Origin: an uncultured Bacilli bacterium
Lineage (GTDB): Bacteria; Bacillota_I; Bacilli_A; RF39; UBA660
Assembly (NCBI GenBank): GCA_934148015.1
Contig: CAKPCU010000001.1
Span: 95,941-159,940, forward strand
Direction: 5' to 3'
DNA: 64,000 nucleotides
Numbering within the stretch: position 1 is the first letter of the stretch; each line of letters begins with the position of its first letter. The notes beneath the pieces were generated by a model that ran no database searches, was not told where the DNA came from, and was given only the letters and a program-made list of their open reading frames with translations. Both the position numbers and the translations under genes were made by a program. Shown here one piece after another: positions 51,344 to 60,994 of this stretch.

Positions 51344-52441
51344 ATGGCTTTAACAGCTGGCATAGTAGGATTACCAAATGTTGGTAAATCTACATTATTT
51401 AATGCAATAACTAAAAAGAATATCTTGGCAGCTAATTACCCTTTTGCAACAATAGAACCTAATGTTGGTATGGTAATAGTTCCAGATAAAAGATTAGATT
51501 ATTTAAACGAATTAATTGAACCTAAAAGTTTAGTACCAACTACATTTGAATTTACTGACATAGCAGGATTGGTTAAAGGCGCTTCTCATGGTGAAGGATT
51601 AGGTAACAAGTTTTTATCTCACATAAGAAATGTTGATTCAATAGTAGAAGTAGTAAGATGTTTTGATGATACAAATATAACTCATGTTGAGGGAACAACA
51701 AATCCATTAAGAGACATAGAAATAATAGATGTAGAATTTATCTTTTGTGATTTAGAGGTTATTACTAATAGACTTTTAAAGATAGAAAAAAAAGCAATAT
51801 CAACGAAAGACAAAGAAGCTTTAAAGGAAGTTGAACTACTAAAGAAAATAAAAGAAGCTTTAGAAAATAATATTCCTGCTAGACATTTAGAATATACTTC
51901 TGATGAACTTAAAATGTTAAAAGCTTTTAATCTTCTTACTATGAAACCTATAATATATGTAGCTAATGTAAAGGAAGATGAAGTATTAACAGAAAATGAT
52001 TATGTTAAAAGTGTAAAAGAATATGCTGTAAAAGACAATTCTAAAGTAATAGTTTTATGTGCAAAGATGGAAGAAGAACTAAGTGGATTTGAAGATGAAG
52101 AGAAAAAGGCATTTTTAAATGAACTTGGAATAGATGAACCAGGTTTAGATAAACTTATTAAGGCATCATATAGTCTTCTTGGGTTAAAGACTTATTTTAC
52201 AGCTGGACCTAAAGAAGTTAGAGCATGGACATTTTCTGATGGAATGAAAGCTCCAGCTTGTGCAGGAATAATACATAGTGATTTTGAAAAAGGATTTATT
52301 AGAGCAGAAGTAATAAGTTTTGATGACTATAAAAAGTATGGTGGAGAAAAAGGTGCTAAAGAAGCGGGAAAACTCAGAAGTGAAGGTAAAGAATACGTAA
52401 TGCAAGATGGGGATGTTTGTTTATTTAGGTTTAACAATTAA
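51344..52441 (+). CDS. ychF: Redox-regulated ATPase YchF
   Basis: GIVGLPNVGKST, DIAGLVKGAS, and a C-terminal TGS-like domain (MQDGDVCLFRFN). Confidence 0.95.
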   Translation: MALTAGIVGLPNVGKSTLFNAITKKNILAANYPFATIEPNVGMVIVPDKRLDYLNELIEPKSLVPTTFEFTDIAGLVKGASHGEGLGNKFLSHIRNVDSIVEVVRCFDDTNITHVEGTTNPLRDIEIIDVEFIFCDLEVITNRLLKIEKKAISTKDKEALKEVELLKKIKEALENNIPARHLEYTSDELKMLKAFNLLTMKPIIYVANVKEDEVLTENDYVKSVKEYAVKDNSKVIVLCAKMEEELSGFEDEEKKAFLNELGIDEPGLDKLIKASYSLLGLKTYFTAGPKEVRAWTFSDGMKAPACAGIIHSDFEKGFIRAEVISFDDYKKYGGEKGAKEAGKLRSEGKEYVMQDGDVCLFRFNN

Positions 52442-52514
52442 ATTGGAATATTTATTTATTATTATCATATAATTATTATGATGTACAATAACTATATGAA
52501 AAGAGGATATTTAA

Positions 52515-52862
52515 GTGAAACTTACAAATATGATATTTGGTATTTCAACAAAAAAATTAGAACTAGTTGAATTGGTTAAATTAAAAAGTAGGGATATTAG
52601 GTTTGATACTCTTAATTTGGATGATTTATATATGGAGTTTGATCCTCCAAAATACATATTAGCGAAAAATAAAAATGGTGTATATAAAGATGTTATTTTA
52701 AATGATAAATATAATGATGTAAAAAATTATTCAAATAGTTGTGATGTCTTAGGCAAAAGGGTACTAGAGAAGGTATCTTTGCATAAAAGAAGAATTAAAT
52801 ACAAAGATGCTGATAGATATGTAAAAGAAATGAATGGTTTAGTACTTAAAGGAAAAAAATAA
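52515..52862 (+). CDS. Hypothetical protein
   Basis: GTG start after aagagga. 115 codons, followed by a terminator. Confidence 0.4.
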   Translation: MKLTNMIFGISTKKLELVELVKLKSRDIRFDTLNLDDLYMEFDPPKYILAKNKNGVYKDVILNDKYNDVKNYSNSCDVLGKRVLEKVSLHKRRIKYKDADRYVKEMNGLVLKGKK

Positions 52863-52875
52863 GAATATAATTAAT

Positions 52876-52903
52876 AAGAAGGTTTACAATGACCTTCTTT
52901 TTT
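52876..52903 (+). terminator. Intrinsic terminator whose loop carries the rpsF -35 box
   Basis: AAGAAGG (52876-52882)/CCTTCTT (52893-52899), followed by TTTT. Confidence 0.6.
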
Positions 52904-52911
52904 GCTATAAT
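52883..52911 (+). promoter_or_regulatory. Sigma-A promoter of rpsF-ssb-rpsR
   Basis: TTTACA (52883-52888), a 17-nt spacer, then TATAAT (52906-52911). Confidence 0.6.
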
Positions 52912-52990
52912 ACTTGCGAGTAATTTAAATTTACTCTCTTGCTCTTAATTATTTAAGGGCCGATTAGACCAGAAGAGGAGGAAAGATAAA

Positions 52991-53275
52991 ATGAAATACG
53001 AAATTATGTTCATAGTAAGACCAAATCTTGAAGAAGATAAAGTTAAAGAAGTTGCTAAAAACTTTGAAAAAGTTTTAAGTGATAACGGAGCTAAAGTTAC
53101 ATCTTCAAAAGATTTAGGTCAAAAAGAATTGGCATATGAAGTAAGTGGTTTTAAAACTGGTTTTTACTTCTTAATTAATTTAGAAGCTAATGATGCTAAA
53201 GCAATTAATGAATTTGATCGTTTAGCATTAATTAGTGAAGATGTTATTCGTCATTTAATCGTAAAAGAAGATTAG
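52991..53275 (+). CDS. rpsF: 30S ribosomal protein S6
   Basis: MKYEIMFIVRPNLEE.. is a typical S6 sequence. Confidence 0.97.
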   Translation: MKYEIMFIVRPNLEEDKVKEVAKNFEKVLSDNGAKVTSSKDLGQKELAYEVSGFKTGFYFLINLEANDAKAINEFDRLALISEDVIRHLIVKED

Positions 53276-53292
53276 TAAAGTGAGGTAATAAA

Positions 53293-53763
53293 ATGAATAA
53301 AGCATTTTTAATTGGTAGATTAACAAGAGATCCTGAACTTAGATATTCATCTAGTAATGCTCCTATAGTTAATTTTTCTATAGCTATAGATAGACAGTAT
53401 ACTAATGCAAACGGTCAAAGAGAAACAGATTTTATTAATATAGTAGCTTTTCAAAAGCAAGCTGAAAATATTAAAAAATATGTAACAAAAGGTTCTTTAG
53501 TTGCTGTAGATGGTAGAATTCAAACTAGAAATTATGATGATAAGGACGGTAAGCGTGTTTATGTAACAGAAGTTGTTGCAGACCGCGTTCAATTCTTAAG
53601 TTCTAAGTCGGGACAAACAGAAAGTGTTAGTTCAAATAATAGTGATGATGTATCTCCAGCTGATTTTCAAACTGATTCAAAACCTGCAACAAATGTATCA
53701 GATGATGTTTTTGCAGACTTTGGTAGTTCAATTGAAATAAGTGATGATGATATTGCGTTTTAA
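53293..53763 (+). CDS. ssb: Single-stranded DNA-binding protein
   Basis: OB fold (NKAFLIGRLTRDPELRY..), a disordered linker, and an acidic tip DDDIAF. Confidence 0.95.
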   Translation: MNKAFLIGRLTRDPELRYSSSNAPIVNFSIAIDRQYTNANGQRETDFINIVAFQKQAENIKKYVTKGSLVAVDGRIQTRNYDDKDGKRVYVTEVVADRVQFLSSKSGQTESVSSNNSDDVSPADFQTDSKPATNVSDDVFADFGSSIEISDDDIAF

Positions 53764-53788
53764 TAAATAAAAGAAGGAGGAGACTGTC

Positions 53789-54004
53789 GTGGCAGAATTT
53801 TTTAGAAAGAAAAAGAAAGTATGTCAAATGTGTGCAGGTAAATCTGTTAACTATAAAGATCCTGAAATTTTAAGAAAATATATTAATGAAAAAGGTAAAA
53901 TATTACCAAGAAGAGTTACAGGAGCTTGCTCTAAGCACCAAAGACATATTGCAAGAGAAGTTAAAAGAGCTAGAATGATAGCTTTACTTCCATTCACAAG
54001 ATAA
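53789..54004 (+). CDS. rpsR: 30S ribosomal protein S18
   Basis: GTG start after aggagg. [24 protein letters not shown]. Confidence 0.95.
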   Translation: MAEFFRKKKKVCQMCAGKSVNYKDPEILRKYINEKGKILPRRVTGACSKHQRHIAREVKRARMIALLPFTR

Positions 54005-54101
54005 TTAAGGAAAGTATGTATTACTTTTCTTTTTGTTTTATTTAAATTAAATTTATGTTATAATACTATAGTAATTATCTAATTAGAAAGGTGGGCTAAT
54101 T

Positions 54102-54542
54102 ATGAAGGTTATATTTATAAAAAATGTAAAAGGACAAGGAAAAGAAGGGGAAATAAAAGAAGTAAAAGATGGATATGCACAAAACTTCTTAATAAAAAAT
54201 AAATATGCTGTTGCTTATACTAAAAGAAGTAAAGAAGTATTAGATATAAGTAATAAAAATAAAGAAATAAAGTTGCAAGAAGAAATAGATTTTTGTACTA
54301 AGATAAAAAATGAACTTGAAAAAAAGACTTTAACATTTAAAGTTAAAACAGGTAAAAATGATCAAGTATTTGGTTCTATTTCATCTAAGCAGATATCAGC
54401 TAAATTAGATGAAATGGGATATAAAATAGATAAGAAAAAAATAGTTTTAGATGATAGTATATCATCTTTAGGATATCATAAAGTTAAGGTTAATTTGCAT
54501 AAATGTGTATGCATGATATTAACGGTTAACTTAGTTAAGTAA
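54102..54542 (+). CDS. rplI: 50S ribosomal protein L9
   Basis: MKVIFIKNVKGQGKEGEIKEVKDGYAQNFL. Confidence 0.95.
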   Translation: MKVIFIKNVKGQGKEGEIKEVKDGYAQNFLIKNKYAVAYTKRSKEVLDISNKNKEIKLQEEIDFCTKIKNELEKKTLTFKVKTGKNDQVFGSISSKQISAKLDEMGYKIDKKKIVLDDSISSLGYHKVKVNLHKCVCMILTVNLVK

Positions 54543-54555
54543 GGAGTTGATTAAA

Positions 54556-55899
54556 ATGGCAGAAAGAAAAGTACCAGAAGCATTAGATGCTGAAAAAGCT
54601 GTATTGGGGTCTGCCTTTTTATCTAAAACTGCTCTTCAAAAAATATGCGATGAACTATCTAGTGAATCATTTTATAGTGAAGCTAACAGACTTATATTTG
54701 AAACGCTACAGGAATTAAATGATTCATCTTCTGCTATTGATATTACAATACTTACTAGTAAATTAAATGATAAGAAGATATTAAGTAGAATTGGTAATGC
54801 TGAGTATTTATCTGAGTTATTAGATTCTGTACCTAGTGCATCAAACGTTGAATATTATATAAATATAGTTAAAGAAAAAATGGTTGCAAGAAAAATGATT
54901 GAAACTGCAACTGAGATAGCTAATGATGCTTATACTTATAGTGATTCTATATATGATGTTTTAGATAATGCTGAAATGAAGATGCTTAGAATAGGTAATA
55001 TGAGAAAAGTAACTGAATTTCAGAGGATTCAAGATGTTGCATTTAGAGAGCAAGCTAATCTTGAGAAGTTAGCAGAGCAGGCTTCTGAAATTACTGGTCT
55101 TGCAACTGGTTTTTCTGATTTTGATAAATTAACAGCGGGACTTCAACCTAACCAATTTATAATAATTGCAGCTCGTCCCGCTATGGGTAAAACTGCTTTT
55201 GCACTTAATTTAGCTACATATGCTGCTATGCATAGTTCTTCATCTGTTGCACTTTTTAACTTAGAAATGAGTGCTGAGCAATTAGCTAATAGAATACTTC
55301 AGTCATTAGGACAAATAAATGGTTCTAAGATGCGTACGGGGCGTCTTGAACATAATGATTGGAAAAGATTAAATGAAGCAATTAGTAAGTTGTCTGATAC
55401 CAATTTATACTTAGATGATACTCCAGGTATAACCATAGGAGAAATTAGAAGTAAATGTAGAAGACTTGCTAATTCAGAGAAGGGATTAGGACTTGTTTTA
55501 ATAGATTATTTACAGCTTATAACAGGTCCAGCTAAATCAGCAGGAAATAGACAACAAGAAGTATCAGAAATATCAAGAAGTTTAAAAACTATGGCACTAG
55601 AACTTGGTGTTCCTGTAATAGCACTTGCACAGCTTTCTCGTGCTGTTGAATCACGTGAAGATAAAAGACCAATCATGAGTGATTTAAGGGAATCTGGTTC
55701 GATAGAGCAAGATGCTGATATTGTATCATTCTTATATAGAGATGATTATTATAATAAAGAAGCAAGACGTGATGATAATGCAAGTATAACAGAATTAATA
55801 ATAGGTAAAAACAGAAGTGGTCCTACAACAACAATAGAGTTATTATTTAGAAAGGATACTAGTACTTTTGTTAATTTTCGAAGGGAAACTGGTGAATAG
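54556..55899 (+). CDS. dnaB: Replicative DNA helicase
   Basis: PEALDAEKAVLGS N-terminal domain, Walker A ARPAMGKT, and LAQLSRAVE. Confidence 0.95.
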   Translation: MAERKVPEALDAEKAVLGSAFLSKTALQKICDELSSESFYSEANRLIFETLQELNDSSSAIDITILTSKLNDKKILSRIGNAEYLSELLDSVPSASNVEYYINIVKEKMVARKMIETATEIANDAYTYSDSIYDVLDNAEMKMLRIGNMRKVTEFQRIQDVAFREQANLEKLAEQASEITGLATGFSDFDKLTAGLQPNQFIIIAARPAMGKTAFALNLATYAAMHSSSSVALFNLEMSAEQLANRILQSLGQINGSKMRTGRLEHNDWKRLNEAISKLSDTNLYLDDTPGITIGEIRSKCRRLANSEKGLGLVLIDYLQLITGPAKSAGNRQQEVSEISRSLKTMALELGVPVIALAQLSRAVESREDKRPIMSDLRESGSIEQDADIVSFLYRDDYYNKEARRDDNASITELIIGKNRSGPTTTIELLFRKDTSTFVNFRRETGE

Positions 55900-55901
55900 A
55901 T

Positions 55902-57374
55902 ATGTTTAAGGTAATAAAAAAGGGGATTTTATATTTATTTTCAATTTTAATAGCATTTGCAATTGTATTTTTTGTTAACTTTTCTAATAAATATAGTTTG
56001 AGTCCTAAAAGTGTATATAAAGTATATTTAGATGGTAAATCTATTGGTAATATAAAAAATAAAAAAGAGTTAGAAGATTATATAAATGAAGAACAAAAAG
56101 ATATAAAAGAAAAATACGGAGTAGATAAAGTATATATTCCATCAGGTGTTGATATACAAAAATGTACTACGTATGAAAAAAAGATTTTAACAGCTAAACA
56201 AGTTCACAACATCATAAAAAAACAAAAACCATTTACTGTTAAGGGCTATAAAGTTACCATTAAGCCTCAAAGTGAAGGTGAAGAAAAAATAGTTATAAAT
56301 GTACTTAAGAAAGATATGTTTAATAAGGCAATAAAAACGGTTGTAGAAGCTTTTGTTCCAAAAGATGAAATAGAAAATTATAAAAATGATACACAACCAG
56401 AAATAAAAGATACTGGATCTTTAATAGAAGATATTTATATTGATCAGGACATTACTTTAAAAAATACTTATATTTCTGCAGATGAACAAATTTTTACTGA
56501 TGAAAAAACTTTGACTAAGTATTTATTATTCGGAGAAGTAAAAGATGAAGAGTATTATACTGTACAAGAAGGAGATACAATAGATTCTATAGCGTATAAT
56601 CATAAGCTTGCTACAGAGGAGTTTTTAATTGTTAATCCAGAGTTTACTAGCTCTAATAATTTGTTATCGGTTGGACAACAAGTTAAAGTAGGACTTATTA
56701 ATCCTATTGTTGATGTAGTAGTTGAATCTCATACTGTTCTTGATCAAGAAAGTCAGTTTCAAACTACAACAGAGTATGATAATAATATGTATGCAGGTAA
56801 TAGTGAAGTGGCGGTTCAAGGTCAAAACGGATTAGATAGATTAACTACTAAGTTAAAAACCGTTAATGGTGAAACTCACAACGTTGTAATAGTGTCTAGA
56901 GAAACTATTATACCTGCAGTTAATAAAATTGTTAAAGTGGGTACAAAATCAGCAGGTTCTTATGGAACTGTTGTTGCAACAGGAGACTGGGCATGGCCTA
57001 CAATATCACAATACTTTATATCAAGTCAGTTTGGCTATCGTTGGGGTAAAATTCATGAGGCTTTAGATATCGCTGGTAGTGGTGAGGGTTCACCTATATA
57101 TGCTGCTGGAGCTGGCACTGTTGTTGCATCTGTAAATAGAGGAAGTTTAGGTAACTATGTTACTATAAATCACGGTAATGGTTATTATACATTATATGCT
57201 CATATGCATTCAAGAATAGTTTCAGAGGGTCAAACTGTACAAAAAGGACAACAAATAGGTACAATGGGGCATACTGGATTTGCAACTGGTACGCATTTAC
57301 ATTTTGGTTTATATAAAAACGGCTTACCATATAGAGATGGTACTCCGCTTAATCCACTTATTCTATATCAATAA
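55902..57374 (+). CDS. M23 family metallopeptidase with LysM and G5-like domains
   Basis: N-terminal TM segment. LysM (YTVQEGDTIDSIAY). G5-like segment (EVAVQGQNGL..IVKVGTK). M23 motifs HEALDIAG and GTHLHFG. Confidence 0.85.
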   Translation: MFKVIKKGILYLFSILIAFAIVFFVNFSNKYSLSPKSVYKVYLDGKSIGNIKNKKELEDYINEEQKDIKEKYGVDKVYIPSGVDIQKCTTYEKKILTAKQVHNIIKKQKPFTVKGYKVTIKPQSEGEEKIVINVLKKDMFNKAIKTVVEAFVPKDEIENYKNDTQPEIKDTGSLIEDIYIDQDITLKNTYISADEQIFTDEKTLTKYLLFGEVKDEEYYTVQEGDTIDSIAYNHKLATEEFLIVNPEFTSSNNLLSVGQQVKVGLINPIVDVVVESHTVLDQESQFQTTTEYDNNMYAGNSEVAVQGQNGLDRLTTKLKTVNGETHNVVIVSRETIIPAVNKIVKVGTKSAGSYGTVVATGDWAWPTISQYFISSQFGYRWGKIHEALDIAGSGEGSPIYAAGAGTVVASVNRGSLGNYVTINHGNGYYTLYAHMHSRIVSEGQTVQKGQQIGTMGHTGFATGTHLHFGLYKNGLPYRDGTPLNPLILYQ

Positions 57375-58141
57375 TGCGTATATCGGTTTTATCAAGCGGA
57401 AGTCGTGGTAATAGTACTTTAGTAGAAACAAAAGGCACCAAGGTCTTAATTGATCTTGGTGTTACTAAAAGTTACGTTGAAGAAAGGCTTAAGGAGTTAG
57501 AAGTGGATCCAAATGATATAAAAGCAATTCTTATAACACATACCCACGTGGATCACATACAAGGACTAAAAGTATTCTTGAAAAAATATCATCCCAAACT
57601 ATACGTTAATAAAGTAATTTTATCTTTATTACATGAATATATAGAAGATTTTGATTATGAATTATATGAAACAAATAATATAATAATAGATGATTTGAAT
57701 GTTGATGTTATAAAAACTTCACACGATGTTAAAGGGTCTGTTGGATTTATACTAAAAAATGATAATAGGTCATTTGTGTATATAACTGATACTGGATATA
57801 TTAATAATAAATACTTTGAAAAGTTAAAAAATCATAATTTATATGTTATAGAAAGTAATCATGATGTTAAGATGTTAATGGATGGTAAATACCCCTTTCA
57901 TTTAAAAAAGAGAATACTAGGAGATAAAGGTCACTTATCAAATGCTGATGCTTCATATTACTTGTCATTATTTGTAGGTGATAAAACAAAAACAATTATA
58001 TTAGCACACTTAAGTGATGATAATAATACATATGAAAAGGCAGAAGGTGCGCTAAAAGATATTTTAAGTAAAAATAGTAAAAACGTAAAAAATATATTAA
58101 TAGCAAAACAAAAACAAAGAACGGATTGGATAGAAGTATGA
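57374..58141 (+). CDS. MBL-fold metallo-hydrolase (YycJ/WalJ-like)
   Basis: ITHTHVDHIQG motif. Adjacent to rlmH, as walJ is near yydA in Bacillus. Confidence 0.8.
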   Translation: MRISVLSSGSRGNSTLVETKGTKVLIDLGVTKSYVEERLKELEVDPNDIKAILITHTHVDHIQGLKVFLKKYHPKLYVNKVILSLLHEYIEDFDYELYETNNIIIDDLNVDVIKTSHDVKGSVGFILKNDNRSFVYITDTGYINNKYFEKLKNHNLYVIESNHDVKMLMDGKYPFHLKKRILGDKGHLSNADASYYLSLFVGDKTKTIILAHLSDDNNTYEKAEGALKDILSKNSKNVKNILIAKQKQRTDWIEV

Positions 58142-58584
58142 TAAAAATAATTTGTGTTGGAAAGATTAAAGAAACATATTTTAAAGATGCATTAAAAGAA
58201 TATGAAAAAAGATTATCTAAATATACAAAGTTAGAAATAATAGAGTTGCCTGATTATAGCTATGATGAGAAAAAAGAAGTAGTAGAAGAAGGCAAAAACA
58301 TATTAAATAAAATAAGTGAAAAGGACTTTGTTGTTACTTTAGAAATAAATGGTAAAAATTTATCTTCAGAAGAATTATCAGATTTTATTAATAAAAATAT
58401 ATCTAGAAATATAATATTTGTAATAGGTGGTTCTAATGGACTATCTTCTTCTGTATTAGACAGATCAGATTATAGATTATCTTTTTCAAAACTAACTTTT
58501 CCACATCAATTATTTAGAGTAATACTACTAGAACAAATATATCGTTCATTTAAAATAATAAATAATGAGGCTTATCATAAATAA
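58138..58584 (+). CDS. rlmH: 23S rRNA (pseudouridine1915-N3)-methyltransferase RlmH
   Basis: MIKIICVGKIKE.., IGGSNG, SPOUT C-terminus (TFPHQLFRVILLEQIYR). Confidence 0.9.
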   Translation: MIKIICVGKIKETYFKDALKEYEKRLSKYTKLEIIELPDYSYDEKKEVVEEGKNILNKISEKDFVVTLEINGKNLSSEELSDFINKNISRNIIFVIGGSNGLSSSVLDRSDYRLSFSKLTFPHQLFRVILLEQIYRSFKIINNEAYHK

Positions 58585-58640
58585 GTCTTTTTCTTTTAAC
58601 TTTAATATGTTACTATAATTAATAGATGAGGTGATATTAT

Positions 58641-59297
58641 ATGTTTCATAATAGTTGGGATTTAGTTTTACAAGAAGAAATGAAAAAGAGTTATTTTAGA
58701 TATATAAAAGATTTTATTAAAGAAGAGAGATTATCTAAAACTATATATCCACCTGCTAACGATTTATTTAATGCATTTAAATTAACGGATTTTAAAGATA
58801 TTAAAGTAGTTATTTTAGGCCAAGACCCATATCATGGTGAAAAAGAAGCGATGGGGCTTTCGTTTTCGGTTAGAAGAGGAGTTAGAACGCCCCCTTCCCT
58901 TAGAAATATATTTAAAGAGTTAAAAGATGATATAGGAGTAGAAAGAGAGGATACTGATCTTTCTTCCCTAGCAAAGCAAGGAGTATTTTTACTTAACACA
59001 GTTCTTACTGTTGAAAAGGATAAAGCAAACTCACATAAAGATATAGGCTGGGAAATATTTACTGATTTTGTTATAAAACAAATAAATGAGAAACTTAATA
59101 ACGTTGTATTTATTTTATGGGGAAGAAGTGCAAGAGACAAGAAAAAATTAATAACTAATCCTAGTCACTATATAATTGAGTCAGCCCACCCATCACCACT
59201 TTCTGCATATAATGGTTTTTTTGGAAGTAAACCTTTTTCAAAGACAAATGAATATTTGATTAAAGTAGGTAAAACCCCAATTGATTTTGGAAAATAA
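58641..59297 (+). CDS. ung: Uracil-DNA glycosylase
   Basis: GQDPYHG, LLLNTVLTV, HPSPLS. Confidence 0.95.
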   Translation: MFHNSWDLVLQEEMKKSYFRYIKDFIKEERLSKTIYPPANDLFNAFKLTDFKDIKVVILGQDPYHGEKEAMGLSFSVRRGVRTPPSLRNIFKELKDDIGVEREDTDLSSLAKQGVFLLNTVLTVEKDKANSHKDIGWEIFTDFVIKQINEKLNNVVFILWGRSARDKKKLITNPSHYIIESAHPSPLSAYNGFFGSKPFSKTNEYLIKVGKTPIDFGK

Positions 59298-59317
59298 AAA
59301 GCTCTAAGATTTTTTTC

Positions 59318-59833
59318 TTAGAGTTTTTCTTCTTCATAGTTATTATCAAAGTAATTTTTTTTCTTTTTTCTTTTAAATATATTAATAATAATAAAAGGAA
59401 AAGATTTAAGCTGTTTATTATAGCTTTCTGCGTATTTATTATAATACTCTTTATATGCTTTAAGTAAATCATCTGTTTCATTTATTTTAAAAGCTATTTT
59501 TTGAAAATCTTCATTATTTCTTAACTTTTTATACTTATCTTTAATTAAATTAAATTCATTAGTATAAATAGCAAGCTTTTTATCAAATTTTATCATATCA
59601 TTAGAACTATTACTTAATTCACCAAAATTTTCATAAATAGTCTTATTTGTATTTAATAATTCTTTTATTTTAACTTCTGAATCTTTTAATAATTCTTTTC
59701 TTTTTATTAAAGTACTATTTATTTTTTCTTCTATATTTTTAAGTTTCATACTATATATAGTCATCTTATCTTTACTTGTAAAGTAAATAAATAAAATTGT
59801 CATAAAAACTAGTGCGACAGCTATTACAATCAT
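59318..59833 (-). CDS. LemA family membrane protein
   Basis: N-terminal TM segment. C-terminal LemA-like YNKYAESYNKQLKSFPFIIINIF. ATG 59833 with SD gaggt is preferred over GTG 59854. Confidence 0.6.
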   Translation of the reverse strand: MIVIAVALVFMTILFIYFTSKDKMTIYSMKLKNIEEKINSTLIKRKELLKDSEVKIKELLNTNKTIYENFGELSNSSNDMIKFDKKLAIYTNEFNLIKDKYKKLRNNEDFQKIAFKINETDDLLKAYKEYYNKYAESYNKQLKSFPFIIINIFKRKKKKNYFDNNYEEEKL

Positions 59834-59892
59834 AAACCTAACCTCTACTTTCACTTTCGATTATAGCAAATAAGAAGAATTTTTACAAGGAT

Positions 59893-60309
59893 TTATCTGC
59901 CTTGATTTGGTATATAAAACGTTGGACTATAATTAATTTTTTCATCAAAGTCAGCATAATTTAAATATATCATAAGAAGTAGATACCATCTGCCATTTTT
60001 TGGATCACTAAGTATTATATGATCTCTTCCAGCAGCTTCTATAATACCAGTGTATTTTCTATCTCTCCATTCAACAGAATCAGGATATGAAAAATAAAGC
60101 GTTGCAAGTTTTCCTTTATTTAATCTTAATATATTTTCTATATAAGATTGTTCTAGATCTAACATGTTATCATTAGCTTGCATTAAGGCAGTGTTGTTAC
60201 TTTCCATCTCTGTTTTAGTACTTGGAACAGATGCAACTCCTCCCATAGCAGTAGCATTAAAACCAGAATTATTTAAATTTGGATATATCGGGTTATAATT
60301 TGAATTCAT
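59893..60309 (-). CDS. gerQ: Spore coat protein GerQ
   Basis: EQSYIENILRLNKGKLATLYFSY..W..KYTGIIEAAGRDHIILSDP is the GerQ family core. RBS aaaggag precedes ATG 60309. Confidence 0.8.
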   Translation of the reverse strand: MNSNYNPIYPNLNNSGFNATAMGGVASVPSTKTEMESNNTALMQANDNMLDLEQSYIENILRLNKGKLATLYFSYPDSVEWRDRKYTGIIEAAGRDHIILSDPKNGRWYLLLMIYLNYADFDEKINYSPTFYIPNQGR

Positions 60310-60404
60310 AAAATTTTCTCCTTTTTTATATTTCATTTAAATATATGATTGAATTAAGTTTAATATACGTGTTATACTAATAATCAGGAATAGGAGAGTT
60401 AAAT

Positions 60405-60971
60405 ATGAAAGTAAATATAGGAGTATCTGCAAGACATGTACATGTAACAAAAGAAGATGTTAAAATTTTATTTGGAGAAGACTATAGTTTAACAAATAAA
60501 TGTCCGCTATCACAAAAGGGTCAGTTTGCTTGTGAAGAACAAGTTACTATTGAAGGCTCAAAAGGAAGTATCGAACGTGTTAGAATTTTAGGACCTGAAA
60601 GAGGAAAAACACAAGTTGAAGTATCAAAAACAGATGCATTTAAACTAGGAGTTAATCCGCCTGTTAGAAATTCAGGGGATTTAAATGGAGCAGGTGAAAT
60701 TACTATAATAGGTCCAAAGGGAAGTATAACAAAAAATGCTTTAATAATCGCTGCAAGACATGTTCATTCAAACTATGAAGATGCTAAAAAATATGGTTTT
60801 ATTGATAAAGAATGCGTAAGTTTAAAAATAGATGGTCAAAGACCTGGCGTTTTAGAAAAAGTATATGTTAGATTAGATGATAGTTTTTCTTTAGAAGTTC
60901 ATATAGATACAGATGAAGCCAATGCATTTTTAATAAAAAATGGAGATCAAGGAAATTTAATAATAGAATAA
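60405..60971 (+). CDS. pduL: Phosphate propanoyltransferase PduL-type phosphotransacylase
   Basis: Two PduL repeats (GVSARHVHVT; IIAARHVHS). Confidence 0.85.
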   Translation: MKVNIGVSARHVHVTKEDVKILFGEDYSLTNKCPLSQKGQFACEEQVTIEGSKGSIERVRILGPERGKTQVEVSKTDAFKLGVNPPVRNSGDLNGAGEITIIGPKGSITKNALIIAARHVHSNYEDAKKYGFIDKECVSLKIDGQRPGVLEKVYVRLDDSFSLEVHIDTDEANAFLIKNGDQGNLIIE

Positions 60972-60994
60972 TTATATAGATAAGGAGAAAATTT

